IMG/VR virus record: IMGVR_UViG_2857429247_000001
Coordinates: 32,001 to 96,000 of that record
Length of the DNA: 64,000 bases
DNA from: a virus
Taxonomy: Duplodnaviria > Caudoviricetes
Direction: 5' to 3' (one strand)
Shown piece by piece: positions 9,230 to 19,296 of this stretch. The position numbers were made by a program, and so were the translations under genes. The notes under the pieces were generated by a model. It ran no database searches. It was not told the origin of the DNA and was given only the letters and a program-made list of their open reading frames with translations. The number at the start of each line of letters is the position of its first letter. Position 1 is the first letter of the stretch.

Positions 9230-12187
9230 ATGGCACGTCGGAGCCTGCTGACGGATGCCGAGCGCGAGCGGCTGTTCGGCGTGCCGACGGGTCGCGACGA
9301 ACTTGTCCGGCGCTACACCCTAGACCTAACCGACCTGGCGCTCGTCTCGGGGCATCGAGGCGACGCGAACCGGCTCGGCTTCGCGCTACAGCTCGCGCTC
9401 CTGCGCGACCCCGGCTTCGGTCTCTCTGTCGCTACCGGCGCTCCCGAGGCGCTCGTCGTCTTCCTCGCCGAGCAACTCGGGATCGAGCCGAGCGCCTTTG
9501 CCGCTTACGCAGCCCGAGTCGCGACCGCGACCGAGCACGCTCGCGAGCTCGAGCGCGCCCTGGGCCTGCGCCCGGCGACGCGGGTGGATCTGCCGCTGAT
9601 GATCGAGTCCGCCGCGGCTGCGGCGTGGCCGACAGACAAGGGAGGGCCGATCGCTGAAGGAATCATCCACGCGTTGCGCGACGTCCGCATCGTCCTGCCG
9701 ACACCCGACACGATCGAACGCGCCGGGCTGGCCGGACGCGCTCGTGCGAGGAAGCGCGCCGCCGACGCTTTGCTCGCCGGCCTCTCGCACGAGCAGATCA
9801 CAAGGCTCGATGCAATGCTGGCCGTGGATCCTGCGACCGGCCGCACGCTGCTTGCCTGGACGAGGGACCTGCCGGTCGCGCCCAAGCCTGACCACGTTCG
9901 CGAACTTGTGGACCGGCTGGCGATGGTGCGCGCGGTCGGTCTCGACCCCACCCTCACCAACCGGATCCACCCCGACCGGCTGCGCGCACTCGTGCGGGAG
10001 GGACAACTGTCGTCGCCCCACGCGATCGAACGCTACACGCCGCACCGACGCCGCGCCATCCTGGTCGCGGCGCTGCTCGACCTGGAGAGGCGATTGACCG
10101 ACGCCGTGCTCGGCATGGCCGATCGGCTGATCGGTGCCAGCTTCACACGGGGGAAGAATGCCCGCGAGCGCACCTACACGGCGACCTCGCGTGACGTTGG
10201 CCGGCTCATGCGCCTGCTCCACGGCACGATCGAAGCGGTCGAGGCCGCGGTGCGCGACGGCGGCGACGCGCTCAGCGCGATCGACGGGGCGGTCGGGCTG
10301 GACCGGCTTATCCACGCTAAGCCTGACGCGGCTGCGATCGCTGACCTCGCGGAGGAGGATCCGCTGGTGCGCGCCGCCGACCGGCATGGCACCCTCAGGA
10401 AGTTCGCGCCGCTCCTTCTAGAGGCGATCGACTTCAGGGCGAGCCGGAGCACGGACCCCACGATTGCTGCTCTCGCCACCCTGCGTCAGCTTAACCGCTC
10501 CGGAAAACGCGACGTGCCCCGCGACGCGCCGATGCCGTTCAAGAAGGATTGGCGCAGGCTCGTCGCCGGTGCTGACGGCAAGGTCGACCGCAGGCTCTAC
10601 GAGACTGCGGTGTTCGCCCACCTGCGTAACAAGTGGCGCTCGGGCGACGTCTGGGTGGAGCGCTCGGGCGAGTATCGTCGCTTCGACAGCTATCTCCTTC
10701 CTGCGGCCGAAGCTGCGCCCATCGTCACCGATCTCGACTTGCCGGCGAGCGGCGACGCGTGGCTGTCGGAGCGGGGCCGTGAACTCGACTGGCGCCTCCA
10801 GCGCTTCGCAGGCCGCCTGACCCGAGGCCAAGTCGAGGGCGTGTCCATGAAGAACGGCCGGCTGTCTATCGCGCCGGTGCGTTCCGCGACCCCGCCGGAC
10901 GCGGCGGCGCTGGCCGAGCGCATCGACGCACTGATGCCGCGCGTGCGCGTCACCGACCTTCTTCACGAGGTGGCGCGCGAGACCGGCTTCCTCTCCGCCT
11001 TCACCAATCTGCGCACGCACCGGCCGGTCGACAACGAGGCCGCACTCCTGGCCGTGATCCTCGCCGACGCCACCAATCTCGGCCTGTCTCGCATGGCCGA
11101 GGCGAGCCAGGGCGTGACCCGCGACCAGCTTCTCTGGACCCGCGAAGCCTATATCCGCGATGAGACATACCGGGCCGCGCTCGCGCGCATCATCGACGCG
11201 CACCACGCGCTGCCGATCGCCTGTGTGTGGGGGGATGGCACCACCTCGGCGTCCGACGGTCAGTTCTTCCGGTCGGGCAAGCGCGGCGACGCCGCCGGCG
11301 AGGTCAACGCCCGCTACGGTGTCGATCCAGGCTTTGCCTTCTACACCCACACCTCTGATCAGCACGATCCCTTCCATGCGACCGTGATCTCGGCCACCGA
11401 GCACGAGGCGCCCTTCGTCCTCGACGGGCTTCTCCATCACGGCAGCGGCCTGAGCATCGCCGAGCACTACACCGATACTGGCGGCAGCACCGACCACGTC
11501 CACGCCCTGTGCGCGCTGCTGGGTTTCCGCTTTTGCCCCCGCCTGCGCGACTTCCCCGACCGCCGGCTCGCCTCGATCGAGCCCGCCGCACGATACCCGG
11601 CGCTGAAGCCCATCATGGGAAAGAGGGTGCGCGTCGAACTCATTCGCGAGCACTGGGGGGACATCATCCGCCTCGTAGCCTCGCTGAAGGCCGGCGTCGT
11701 CGCGCCCTCCGCGATGCTGAAGAAGCTTGCCGCCTACGAACGGCAGAACCAGCTCGACCTCGCGCTCGCCGAGATGGGCCGCATCTGCCGTACGTTGTTC
11801 ATGCTCGACTGGCTCGAGGCGCCCGCGCTGCGCCGACGCTGCCATGCGGGACTGAACAAGTCCGAGCAGCGCCACGTTCTGGCCGGTGCCATCTGCACCT
11901 ACAAACAGGGACGCATCGCCGACCGCTCGCGCGAGGCGCAGGAGTATCGCGCTTCGGGGCTCAACCTCGTCATCGCCGCCATCGTATATTGGAACTCGAC
12001 CTACATGGCCGACGCGGTGGCGCACTTGCGTACGACGGTCGAGCCCGCGCCCGACGACCTGCTGAGCCACACCTCGCCCGTCGGGTGGGAGCACATCGCG
12101 CTCTCCGGAGACTTCCTCTGGGACCACGTCGCCATGCCGAGGGGCCGGCGGCCGCTCAACCTGCCGCGCCAACGTCGCGTTGCATGA
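9230..12187 (+). CDS. tnpA: Tn3-family DDE transposase
   Basis: 985 aa; NRLGFALQL, ASDGQFF, HYTDTGG, LNKSE, IVYWNS. Confidence 0.97.
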   Translation: MARRSLLTDAERERLFGVPTGRDELVRRYTLDLTDLALVSGHRGDANRLGFALQLALLRDPGFGLSVATGAPEALVVFLAEQLGIEPSAFAAYAARVATATEHARELERALGLRPATRVDLPLMIESAAAAAWPTDKGGPIAEGIIHALRDVRIVLPTPDTIERAGLAGRARARKRAADALLAGLSHEQITRLDAMLAVDPATGRTLLAWTRDLPVAPKPDHVRELVDRLAMVRAVGLDPTLTNRIHPDRLRALVREGQLSSPHAIERYTPHRRRAILVAALLDLERRLTDAVLGMADRLIGASFTRGKNARERTYTATSRDVGRLMRLLHGTIEAVEAAVRDGGDALSAIDGAVGLDRLIHAKPDAAAIADLAEEDPLVRAADRHGTLRKFAPLLLEAIDFRASRSTDPTIAALATLRQLNRSGKRDVPRDAPMPFKKDWRRLVAGADGKVDRRLYETAVFAHLRNKWRSGDVWVERSGEYRRFDSYLLPAAEAAPIVTDLDLPASGDAWLSERGRELDWRLQRFAGRLTRGQVEGVSMKNGRLSIAPVRSATPPDAAALAERIDALMPRVRVTDLLHEVARETGFLSAFTNLRTHRPVDNEAALLAVILADATNLGLSRMAEASQGVTRDQLLWTREAYIRDETYRAALARIIDAHHALPIACVWGDGTTSASDGQFFRSGKRGDAAGEVNARYGVDPGFAFYTHTSDQHDPFHATVISATEHEAPFVLDGLLHHGSGLSIAEHYTDTGGSTDHVHALCALLGFRFCPRLRDFPDRRLASIEPAARYPALKPIMGKRVRVELIREHWGDIIRLVASLKAGVVAPSAMLKKLAAYERQNQLDLALAEMGRICRTLFMLDWLEAPALRRRCHAGLNKSEQRHVLAGAICTYKQGRIADRSREAQEYRASGLNLVIAAIVYWNSTYMADAVAHLRTTVEPAPDDLLSHTSPVGWEHIALSGDFLWDHVAMPRGRRPLNLPRQRRVA

Positions 12188-12574
12188 CGTTCACGCAGCG
12201 TTCTTCCTTGGCGTAACTGGGCGAACAACCAACGCGACGTCCTCTACTGGAAGCTCGCCAGGGGCCGATTGCCCTCTGGGCCTATACCGACAGCGAGTCC
12301 GTCATGGAGCGCGTCATGGAAGCCGTCGACGACGAGTACGGCGGCGAGGACGGGATCGAGTGGGACAACGCATGGCCCGCCGCGGCCGACCGGCGGCTGG
12401 AGGTCTGGATCAGGCGCGTCGTTCGGTTCTGGCAGTGGTGGCACGGGATCGAGGTGCGCACCTGGGCCTTCACGAACTCAAGAAACGCCGAGACCTACAC
12501 ATGGGTGAAGGGCTTCTAACGCCCGCGGCCAGGGCAGACGGGAACTCCGTCGAACATTCCAACAGGAAGCGACA

Positions 12575-12808
12575 ATGAGCGACACTTACAAGCGCGGTCT
12601 TGCCAAGCTCGGCCCCGAGTTTCGAGCCCGCATCTGTTACTTCTGCGATGGCGCAGGCGCCTATGAACAGACGTACACCGCAGGCTGCGGCATGGGATAC
12701 TACCGCTCGCGCGGACGATGCGACCATTGCGCGGGCACGGGCCTAATACAGGGAAGCCAGCCCGCCCCGGCCTCCGTTCGTGCTCAGGTCATCAACGCCG
12801 CCGGATAG
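12575..12808 (+). CDS. small Zn-finger protein (DnaJ-type CxxCxGxG repeats)
   Basis: CYFCDGAG and CDHCAGTG. Confidence 0.65.
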   Translation: MSDTYKRGLAKLGPEFRARICYFCDGAGAYEQTYTAGCGMGYYRSRGRCDHCAGTGLIQGSQPAPASVRAQVINAAG

Positions 12809-12863
12809 CGCGGAGGGGAAATCCGCCAACCACGCTGCAACACCCATTGAGGAGGCTTGAGAG

Positions 12864-13082
12864 ATGACCACGTTTAACCTGACGAATGCACAGCGCGCCT
12901 TGCTGACATTGCTGGCCCCCAAGTCCGGCGTAATCTTCGTTCGTGGAGATGACGCCGAGACGGCGATCAGCCTCGCGGACACTCCCCTCGTGGCTCTCGG
13001 GCCTACCGAGGGGAGCGGCGCCGTCACGGTGCTGATAACGGCGGAAGGCCGTGCGGCGCTCGCCGCAGCGTCCGCCAGTTGA
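12864..13082 (+). CDS. hypothetical protein
   Basis: GAGGAGG SD; 72 aa. Confidence 0.6.
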   Translation: MTTFNLTNAQRALLTLLAPKSGVIFVRGDDAETAISLADTPLVALGPTEGSGAVTVLITAEGRAALAAASAS

Positions 13083-13278
13083 GGGCTAGAATGTGGGGCA
13101 ACGGCACCGGCCATTTTACCCCACATTCCCGAGGCGGCGACAGAGCGCGAAGGCCCGGCCGGCGGCATCCGTCCAGCCCGCGCAGAATGTGGGGCAGATT
13201 GAGGGGTGAGGCCGTTTTCAGGCCCTCCGCAACGCCCTGAAACGACGGCAGAGGGGGCAGAAGCCGGGAGGCGATACG

Positions 13279-13572
13279 ATGGCACAGCTAAGGGTCAGGA
13301 TCGAGGATACGTTCGTCATGGACTTAGACGACGTGTTTTCGCGTGTCATTCTGCGAGTGCCGCGCAAGCAAGCGGTCGCGGCGCTAAGGCATGAGGTCAA
13401 ATATCTGGTCAGTGAAATGTGCGAGCGCGTCATGGACACGCCTTCGTTTTCGGAGTTTTACTTCGCGTGTTTCCTGTGCCGCGAGGAGCTTGCAGACCCT
13501 CGGCCCGGCCATGAGCCGCCGGGCTGGGACCGGACGTTGCAAGATCGCGAGTATGCGAACGCGGCGGCATAG
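13279..13572 (+). CDS. hypothetical protein (lower GC)
   Basis: GGAGG SD; 97 aa. Confidence 0.55.
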   Translation: MAQLRVRIEDTFVMDLDDVFSRVILRVPRKQAVAALRHEVKYLVSEMCERVMDTPSFSEFYFACFLCREELADPRPGHEPPGWDRTLQDREYANAAA

Positions 13573-13588
13573 CGGAGGGGGCAGGATC

Positions 13589-13882
13589 TTGAGCAAGTTC
13601 GGTGAAGGTCAGACGATCAAAAAGGGCTGGATCATCATCCATGAGCCGGGGAAGATCCCGGATCTGAAACGACCACCGGATCAGAGCGACGACGGTCTCG
13701 ACGCCTTCCTAATCGAGTTGGTTAAGCATTATTCGACCTCAACCTTCACCGTCTGCCGCTTAACGTGGAACGACGATCTATGGATTGAGAACGGGGCGTG
13801 CCGGCTCGCCGAGAAAGCTGCAATGGACAATCTCACGCCCGAGGATTGGGCCGAGATCGACGCCATGCACGAGGAAGCCTGA
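13589..13882 (+). CDS. hypothetical protein (lower GC)
   Basis: TTG start after GGAGGGG; protein-like composition. Confidence 0.5.
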   Translation: MSKFGEGQTIKKGWIIIHEPGKIPDLKRPPDQSDDGLDAFLIELVKHYSTSTFTVCRLTWNDDLWIENGACRLAEKAAMDNLTPEDWAEIDAMHEEA

Positions 13883-13961
13883 CCACGGGGGGCATCCACC
13901 GAGCTACCCCTTGACCGTGTCCGAACTAGCCGTCGACGCGTGAATGCGTGAACGGCCTGGA

Positions 13962-14040
13962 TTTCCAAGTGCCTCTATCCAAGGTGCTTGTATAATCCGT
14001 CACAAGGGGCCGCGCCCCACTCGCAGGAGACAAGCTGATG
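13962..14040 (+). promoter_or_regulatory. repeated promoter/leader cassette, copy B
   Basis: TTTCCAAGTGCCT-N16-TATAAT...GGGGCCGCGCCCC-ACTCGC-A-GGAGACA-ATG. Confidence 0.75.
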
Positions 14041-17000
14041 ACCGCCTCGCCCAGCCCCTCGAACGGCGCCGGCAGCCGCCTGGCGCGCGGACTGCGTGCG
14101 ATGCTCGATCAGGGAAGCCAGCTCAATCTGTTCGGGATGTTTGGGGCGGCGGCGCCGGCACCCGAGACCCATCCCGCCAAGGTCGGGCCCGTGTCGGAGC
14201 CGATCACCGCCGCGCCGTTCTATCTCGACGAGGACCGGGCGCTGCCCACATCGTGGAAGGGGAGGGCGCGCGACAACCTCTACGCCATCGAGCTCTCGGC
14301 CGAGATCGTGGCGGCGGGCCGGCCGGCCACGCGGGTGGAGCAGGAGCGCCTGATCCGGTTCACGGGCTTCGGCGCCTCCGACCTCGCCAACGGCGCGTTC
14401 AGGCGCCCGGGCGAGTCGCGTTATCGCGCCGGGTGGGAGGAGATCGGCGCGGAACTGGAGGCGCTCACCAGCCCCGAGGAGCACGCCGCTCTGGCCCAGG
14501 GCACCCAATATGCCCACTTCACGCCCGAGGGCATCGTGCGGGCGATCTGGGCGGCCCTGACGCGCTTCGGCTTCGCCGGCGGGCGCGTCCTCGAGCCGGG
14601 CATCGGCACCGGCCTGTTCCCGGCCCTGATGCCGGCGCAGCTGCACGGCAACGTCCAGATCTTGGGCATCGAGGCGGATCCGGTCACGGCCCGCATCGCC
14701 ACCCTTCTGCGGCCGGACGCCGAGATCCGCGCGGAGGACTTCGCCACCACGCGCCTGCGCGGCGGCTTCGCGCTGGCCATCGGCAATCCGCCCTACTCGA
14801 CGCGGGTGGTGCGCACCGATCCCGCCTACCGGGCGCTCGGCCTGCGCCTGCACGACTATTTCATCTGCAAGGCCGTCGACGCCCTGGCGCCCGGCGGCTT
14901 CGCGGCGTTCGTCACCAGCCAGGGGACGATGGACAAGGCCGAGACCGGCGTGCGCGCGCGGCTCGCCGAGCGGTGCGATCTCCTCGGCGCGATCCGGCTG
15001 CCCGAGGGCGCGTTCAGCGCCACGGCCGGAACCGAGGTCGGCACCGACATCCTGTTCCTGCGCCGCCGCCGCGCGGGGGAGGGGGCCTCCGACGTCGCGT
15101 GGATCGAGACCGAGTCGGCGAACATCGCCCGGGCCGAGCACATCGAGGTCAACCGCTACTTCCTCGACAACCCCGACATGGTGCTGGGCGCCCACGTCGT
15201 GGCGTCCGGGCCGTTCGGGCCGGCCTATGCCTGCCGGGCGATCCCGGGCCTCGACCTCGACGCCGGACTCGCCCGCGCGGTCGCGCTGCTGCCCGCCGAC
15301 CTCGGTGCGCCCGACGCGGAGGAGGAGGGCGAGGCGCCGGCCGCCGAGGCCGTGACGATCTCTTCGGGCCAGAACGAGCGCCTGCGCGAGGGCTCGTTCT
15401 TCGTCGTGGACGACCGCCTGATGCAGGTGATCGACGGCGAGGCGGTCGCGGTGGCGATCAAGGGCAAAGGGACGTCTCTCGCCGGCGGCATCTTCCCGAA
15501 GCACGCGCGGATCATCCGCGACCTCATCCCGATCCGCGACAGCGTGCGGGCGATCCTGGCGCTTCAGGAGAGGCGCGAGCCCTCGTCCGAGGAACAGGCG
15601 CGGCTCGGCGCCCTCTACGACGCGTTCGTCGCGCGGCACGGCTGGATCAACGCGACGACCGTACAGGTGCGCGAGGCGGACGGGGAGGGCGCCCGCACCG
15701 AGACGCACCGCCAGCCGAACCTCGCGCCGTTCCGAGACGATCCCGATTGCTGGCTCGTCGCCTCGATCGAGGATTACGACCTCGAGAGCGACACCGCGAC
15801 CAAGGGCCTGATCTTCCACGGCACCGTGATCGCCCCCGAGCCGCCGGCCGAGATCCGCACCGCGGCCGACGCTCTGGCGCGCTGCCTGCACGACACGGGG
15901 CATGTCGACGTCGACGAGATCGCGCGCCTGCTCGGCCGAACCCGCGCTGCGGCGCTCGACGAACTCGGCCCGGCGCTGTTTCGCGATCCCGAGACCGACC
16001 AGTGGGAGACCGCCGACGCTTACCTGTCGGGGAAGGTGCGAGACAAGCTCGCGGCGGCCATCGGCGCCGCCGACCTCGACCCCAGCTTCCGCCGCAACGT
16101 CGAGGCGCTGGAACTGGTCCAGCCCACCGACATCCCGCCCTCAGACATCACCGCGCGCCTGGGCCAGCCCTGGATCCCGGTCGACGTGATCGAGCGGTTT
16201 CTCGCCGACATGATCCGCGTCCGCAGCCCGGTCCGCCACTATCCGGAAGCGGCGACCTGGGCGGTGAACGAATACGCTTTCGCCTACTGCCCCGAGGCGG
16301 ATCTCCGCTGGGGGACGCACCGCTACGGCGTCGGCAAGCTCGTCCTCGACGCGCTGAACTCCCGCACGCCGCAGATCTTCGACACCGCCTTCGTCGACGG
16401 CCGTGAAACCCGCGAACTGAACGTGCAGGAGACCGAGGCGGCCAAGGAGAAGCTGCAGAACCTGAAAGGCGCCTTCGAGTCCTGGGTCTGGCGCGATCCG
16501 GAGCGGGCCGACCGGCTGTCGCGGCTCTACAACGACACCTTCAACAACCTCGTGGCGCGCCGCTTCGACGGCTCGCACCTGACGCTCCCGGGCTCCTCGG
16601 CCTCGGTGAGCCTGCGCCCGCACCAGAAGCGCGCGATCTGGCGCATGGTGGCGGCCGGTGGCACCTATCTCGCCCACGCGGTCGGCGCGGGTAAGTCCTG
16701 GACCATCGCCGGCGCCATCATGGAGCAGCGCCGCCTGGGCCTGATCTCCAAGGCGATCGTGGCGGTCCCCGGCCACTGCCTCGCGCAGTTCGCCCGCGAG
16801 TTCCTGCACCTCTATCCCCGTGCTCGGATCCTGGTCGCCGACGAGAACAACTTCGCCCGGGACAAGCGCCGCCGCTTCCTCGCCCGCGCGGCCACCGGCG
16901 ATTGGGACGCGATCATCATCACCCACTCGGCGTTCCGGTTCATTGGCCTGCCCGCCGCCTTCGAGCGGCAGATGCTCGAGGAGATGATCGACGAGCACGT

Positions 17001-19149
17001 CGCATTGATCGCGACGGTGGATTGGTCGGACCGGCTCACCATCAAGCAGCTGGAGCGCAAGAAGGAGGCGCTGCGCGACCGGCTGAAGGCGATCAAGCTG
17101 CGCCGCGACGACTTCATGACCTTGGGCGAGATCGGGATCGATCAGATCTACGTCGACGAGGCCCAGGAATTCCGTCGCCTCGCGTTCAGCACGAACCAAT
17201 CCAACCTGAAGGGCATCGACTCGGAGGGCTCCCAGATGGCCTGGGACCTGTTCGCCAAGGCGCGCTACCTGCGCCGGCGCCGCTCCGCGCTGGGCCTCGA
17301 CCACGGCATCGACCGGGCGCTGAACCTCGCCTCCGGCACCCCGATCACCAACACGATCGGCGAGATGTTCACCCTGCAGCGGTTCATGGATCCGGACGGG
17401 CTCGCCGAGCGCGCGCTCCAAGAGTTCGACGCCTGGGCCGCGTCCTTCGGCGAGACCCGCACCGAGCTCGAGTTGCAGCCCTCGGGCCGCTACAAGCAGG
17501 TAACGCGCTTCGCCGAGTTCGTGAATGTGCCGGAGCTGATCAGCCAGTTCCGCGCCTTCGCCGACGTGGTCTCGGCCGAGGACCTGCGCCAGCTCGTGCA
17601 GAGGCCCGACATCGCCGGCGGCAAGCGGCGGATCATCACCGCCCCGGCGACCGAGGCGTTCCGCGGGTATCAGCGCCACCTCGACGAGCGGATCAAGGCG
17701 ATCGAGGCGCGCTCGGGCCGGCCGAAGCCTGGGGACGACATCATCCTGTCGGTGATCGGCGACGGGCGCCACGCCGCGATGGATCTGCGCCTCGTGCTCC
17801 CAGGCCATCCCGACGAGCCGGAGAACAAGCTCAACCGGCTGGTGGCCGAGGTGCACCGCATCCACCTCGCGCACGCCGCGCAGGTCTACCGGCAGCCGGA
17901 CGGCTCGCCCTATGAGCGCCCCGGCGCGAGCCAGATGGTGTTTTCCGACCTCGGCACGCTCAACGCCGAAGCGCGCCGCGGCTTCTCGGCCTATCGCTGG
18001 ATCAAGGGCCGCCTCGTGCAACTCGGCGTGCCGGCCTCCGAGATCGCCTTCGTGCAGGACTACAAGGGCAGCCAGGCCAAGGCCCGACTCTTCGCCGACA
18101 TGCGCGCCGGGAAGGTGCGCATCGTCATCGGCTCGACCAAGAAGATGGGCACGGGCGTGAACGCGCAGAACCGCATGGTGGCGCTGCATCACCTCGACGT
18201 GCCGTGGCTGCCCTCCGACATCGAGCAGCGCGAGGGGCGGATCGACCGCCAGGGCAATCAGAACCCGGTGATCGAGATCCTCGCCTACGCCACCGAGGGC
18301 TCGATGGACGCCACCATGTGGCAGACGAACGAGCGCAAGGCCCGGTTCATCGCGGCCGCGCTCTCCGGCGACCGCTCGATCCGGCGCCTGGAGGATGTCG
18401 GCGAGGGCTCGGCCGATCAGTTCGCGATGGCCAAGGCGATCGCGAGCGGCGATCCGCGCCTGATGCAGAAGGCCGGCCTCGAGGCGGAGATCTCGCGGCT
18501 CGTGCGACTGCGCGACGCCCACCAAGACGAGCAACACTCCCTGCGCGCCCGGGTGCGGACCGCCGAGCGGGCGATCGCCGAGAACACCGCGGCCGCCGCA
18601 GCCCACCGCGCCGACATCGCCCGGCGCGAGCCGGCTGGGGAGGGGTTCCGGGCGGTCGTCGGTGGCCTCACCTTCACCGACCGCACCGAGGCGGGCCGGG
18701 CGCTGCTCAAGGCGCTGCGCGATCTCGAGTTCAAGGTCGCCAATGGCCGGCCCGGTCGTGACCATCGGCGCGACCAGGACGTGGCGGTGGTGCGCGGCTT
18801 CACGGTCCACCACTGGTCGGCCCTGGAGCGGCTCGGCAAGGACAAGGACGTCGCGGTCGGCGAGATCGAGGTGATGATGTCCCATCGCCCGATCAGCCTG
18901 CGGGGCAGCAGCGTGACGCCCGGCGCCGTGCTGTTCGACCAGATCGCCGAGGTGATCGACGGCCTCGACGGCCGGCTGTCGGCGGCCGAGCGGCGCATCG
19001 AGGCGGCGCAGGCCGAGATCGCCCGCGTCCGGCCGATGATCGGCCGGACCTTCGATCTCGAGGGCGAGCTCGTCGAGAAGCGCACGCGGCTTGCCGAGAT
19101 CACCGCGGCGCTGGCGAGCGACGACGTCGAAGAGGCGCGCGCGGCCTGA
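14038..19149 (+). CDS. DarB-like N6-adenine methyltransferase / SNF2 helicase fusion
   Basis: LEPGIGTG and GNPPY (MTase); AHAVGAGKS, VDEAQ, ASGTP, QREGRIDRQGN (helicase). Confidence 0.9.
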   Translation: MTASPSPSNGAGSRLARGLRAMLDQGSQLNLFGMFGAAAPAPETHPAKVGPVSEPITAAPFYLDEDRALPTSWKGRARDNLYAIELSAEIVAAGRPATRVEQERLIRFTGFGASDLANGAFRRPGESRYRAGWEEIGAELEALTSPEEHAALAQGTQYAHFTPEGIVRAIWAALTRFGFAGGRVLEPGIGTGLFPALMPAQLHGNVQILGIEADPVTARIATLLRPDAEIRAEDFATTRLRGGFALAIGNPPYSTRVVRTDPAYRALGLRLHDYFICKAVDALAPGGFAAFVTSQGTMDKAETGVRARLAERCDLLGAIRLPEGAFSATAGTEVGTDILFLRRRRAGEGASDVAWIETESANIARAEHIEVNRYFLDNPDMVLGAHVVASGPFGPAYACRAIPGLDLDAGLARAVALLPADLGAPDAEEEGEAPAAEAVTISSGQNERLREGSFFVVDDRLMQVIDGEAVAVAIKGKGTSLAGGIFPKHARIIRDLIPIRDSVRAILALQERREPSSEEQARLGALYDAFVARHGWINATTVQVREADGEGARTETHRQPNLAPFRDDPDCWLVASIEDYDLESDTATKGLIFHGTVIAPEPPAEIRTAADALARCLHDTGHVDVDEIARLLGRTRAAALDELGPALFRDPETDQWETADAYLSGKVRDKLAAAIGAADLDPSFRRNVEALELVQPTDIPPSDITARLGQPWIPVDVIERFLADMIRVRSPVRHYPEAATWAVNEYAFAYCPEADLRWGTHRYGVGKLVLDALNSRTPQIFDTAFVDGRETRELNVQETEAAKEKLQNLKGAFESWVWRDPERADRLSRLYNDTFNNLVARRFDGSHLTLPGSSASVSLRPHQKRAIWRMVAAGGTYLAHAVGAGKSWTIAGAIMEQRRLGLISKAIVAVPGHCLAQFAREFLHLYPRARILVADENNFARDKRRRFLARAATGDWDAIIITHSAFRFIGLPAAFERQMLEEMIDEHVALIATVDWSDRLTIKQLERKKEALRDRLKAIKLRRDDFMTLGEIGIDQIYVDEAQEFRRLAFSTNQSNLKGIDSEGSQMAWDLFAKARYLRRRRSALGLDHGIDRALNLASGTPITNTIGEMFTLQRFMDPDGLAERALQEFDAWAASFGETRTELELQPSGRYKQVTRFAEFVNVPELISQFRAFADVVSAEDLRQLVQRPDIAGGKRRIITAPATEAFRGYQRHLDERIKAIEARSGRPKPGDDIILSVIGDGRHAAMDLRLVLPGHPDEPENKLNRLVAEVHRIHLAHAAQVYRQPDGSPYERPGASQMVFSDLGTLNAEARRGFSAYRWIKGRLVQLGVPASEIAFVQDYKGSQAKARLFADMRAGKVRIVIGSTKKMGTGVNAQNRMVALHHLDVPWLPSDIEQREGRIDRQGNQNPVIEILAYATEGSMDATMWQTNERKARFIAAALSGDRSIRRLEDVGEGSADQFAMAKAIASGDPRLMQKAGLEAEISRLVRLRDAHQDEQHSLRARVRTAERAIAENTAAAAAHRADIARREPAGEGFRAVVGGLTFTDRTEAGRALLKALRDLEFKVANGRPGRDHRRDQDVAVVRGFTVHHWSALERLGKDKDVAVGEIEVMMSHRPISLRGSSVTPGAVLFDQIAEVIDGLDGRLSAAERRIEAAQAEIARVRPMIGRTFDLEGELVEKRTRLAEITAALASDDVEEARAA

Positions 19150-19208
19150 CAGTTCACGGGTCGAGCCCTGAACGCCTCGACCCGTGAAAAAGATACGCCC
19201 ACCCTCAT

Positions 19209-19296
19209 TTTCCCTAGTGCCTTATCCAAGCGGCTTGGATAGAAAAGGACATCGGCACCGGGGCAGCGCCCCACTCCCCAGGGAGACACCACCATG
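19209..19296 (+). promoter_or_regulatory. repeated promoter/leader cassette, copy C
   Basis: TTTCCCTAGTGCCT-N17-TAGAAA...GGGCAGCGCCC-C-ACTCCC-CA-GGGAGACA-ATG. Confidence 0.75.

Larger units (their letters stand above)
8427..12244. mobile_element. Tn3-family transposon (tnpR-res-tnpA, no cargo)
   Basis: Imperfect 38-bp IRs GAGG(G/A)CGTCGCGTTG(A/G)TTGTTCGC..AGTTACG; 5-bp TSD TACTG at 8422-8426 and 12245-12249. Confidence 0.95.
8214..12519 (+). pseudogene. hypothetical phage gene split by the Tn3 element (8214-8426 + 12250-12519)
   Basis: Removing the element and one TACTG copy rejoins ...GRFYLL|EARQGPIAL...WVKGF* in frame. Confidence 0.8.

Noticed and set aside
16141-18885. 914-aa minus-strand ORF and similar long antisense ORFs (e.g. 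10418-12172, 54197-55864, 55482-57209)
   Set aside because: Shadow frames of high-GC3 genes on the opposite strand; no motifs and biased composition
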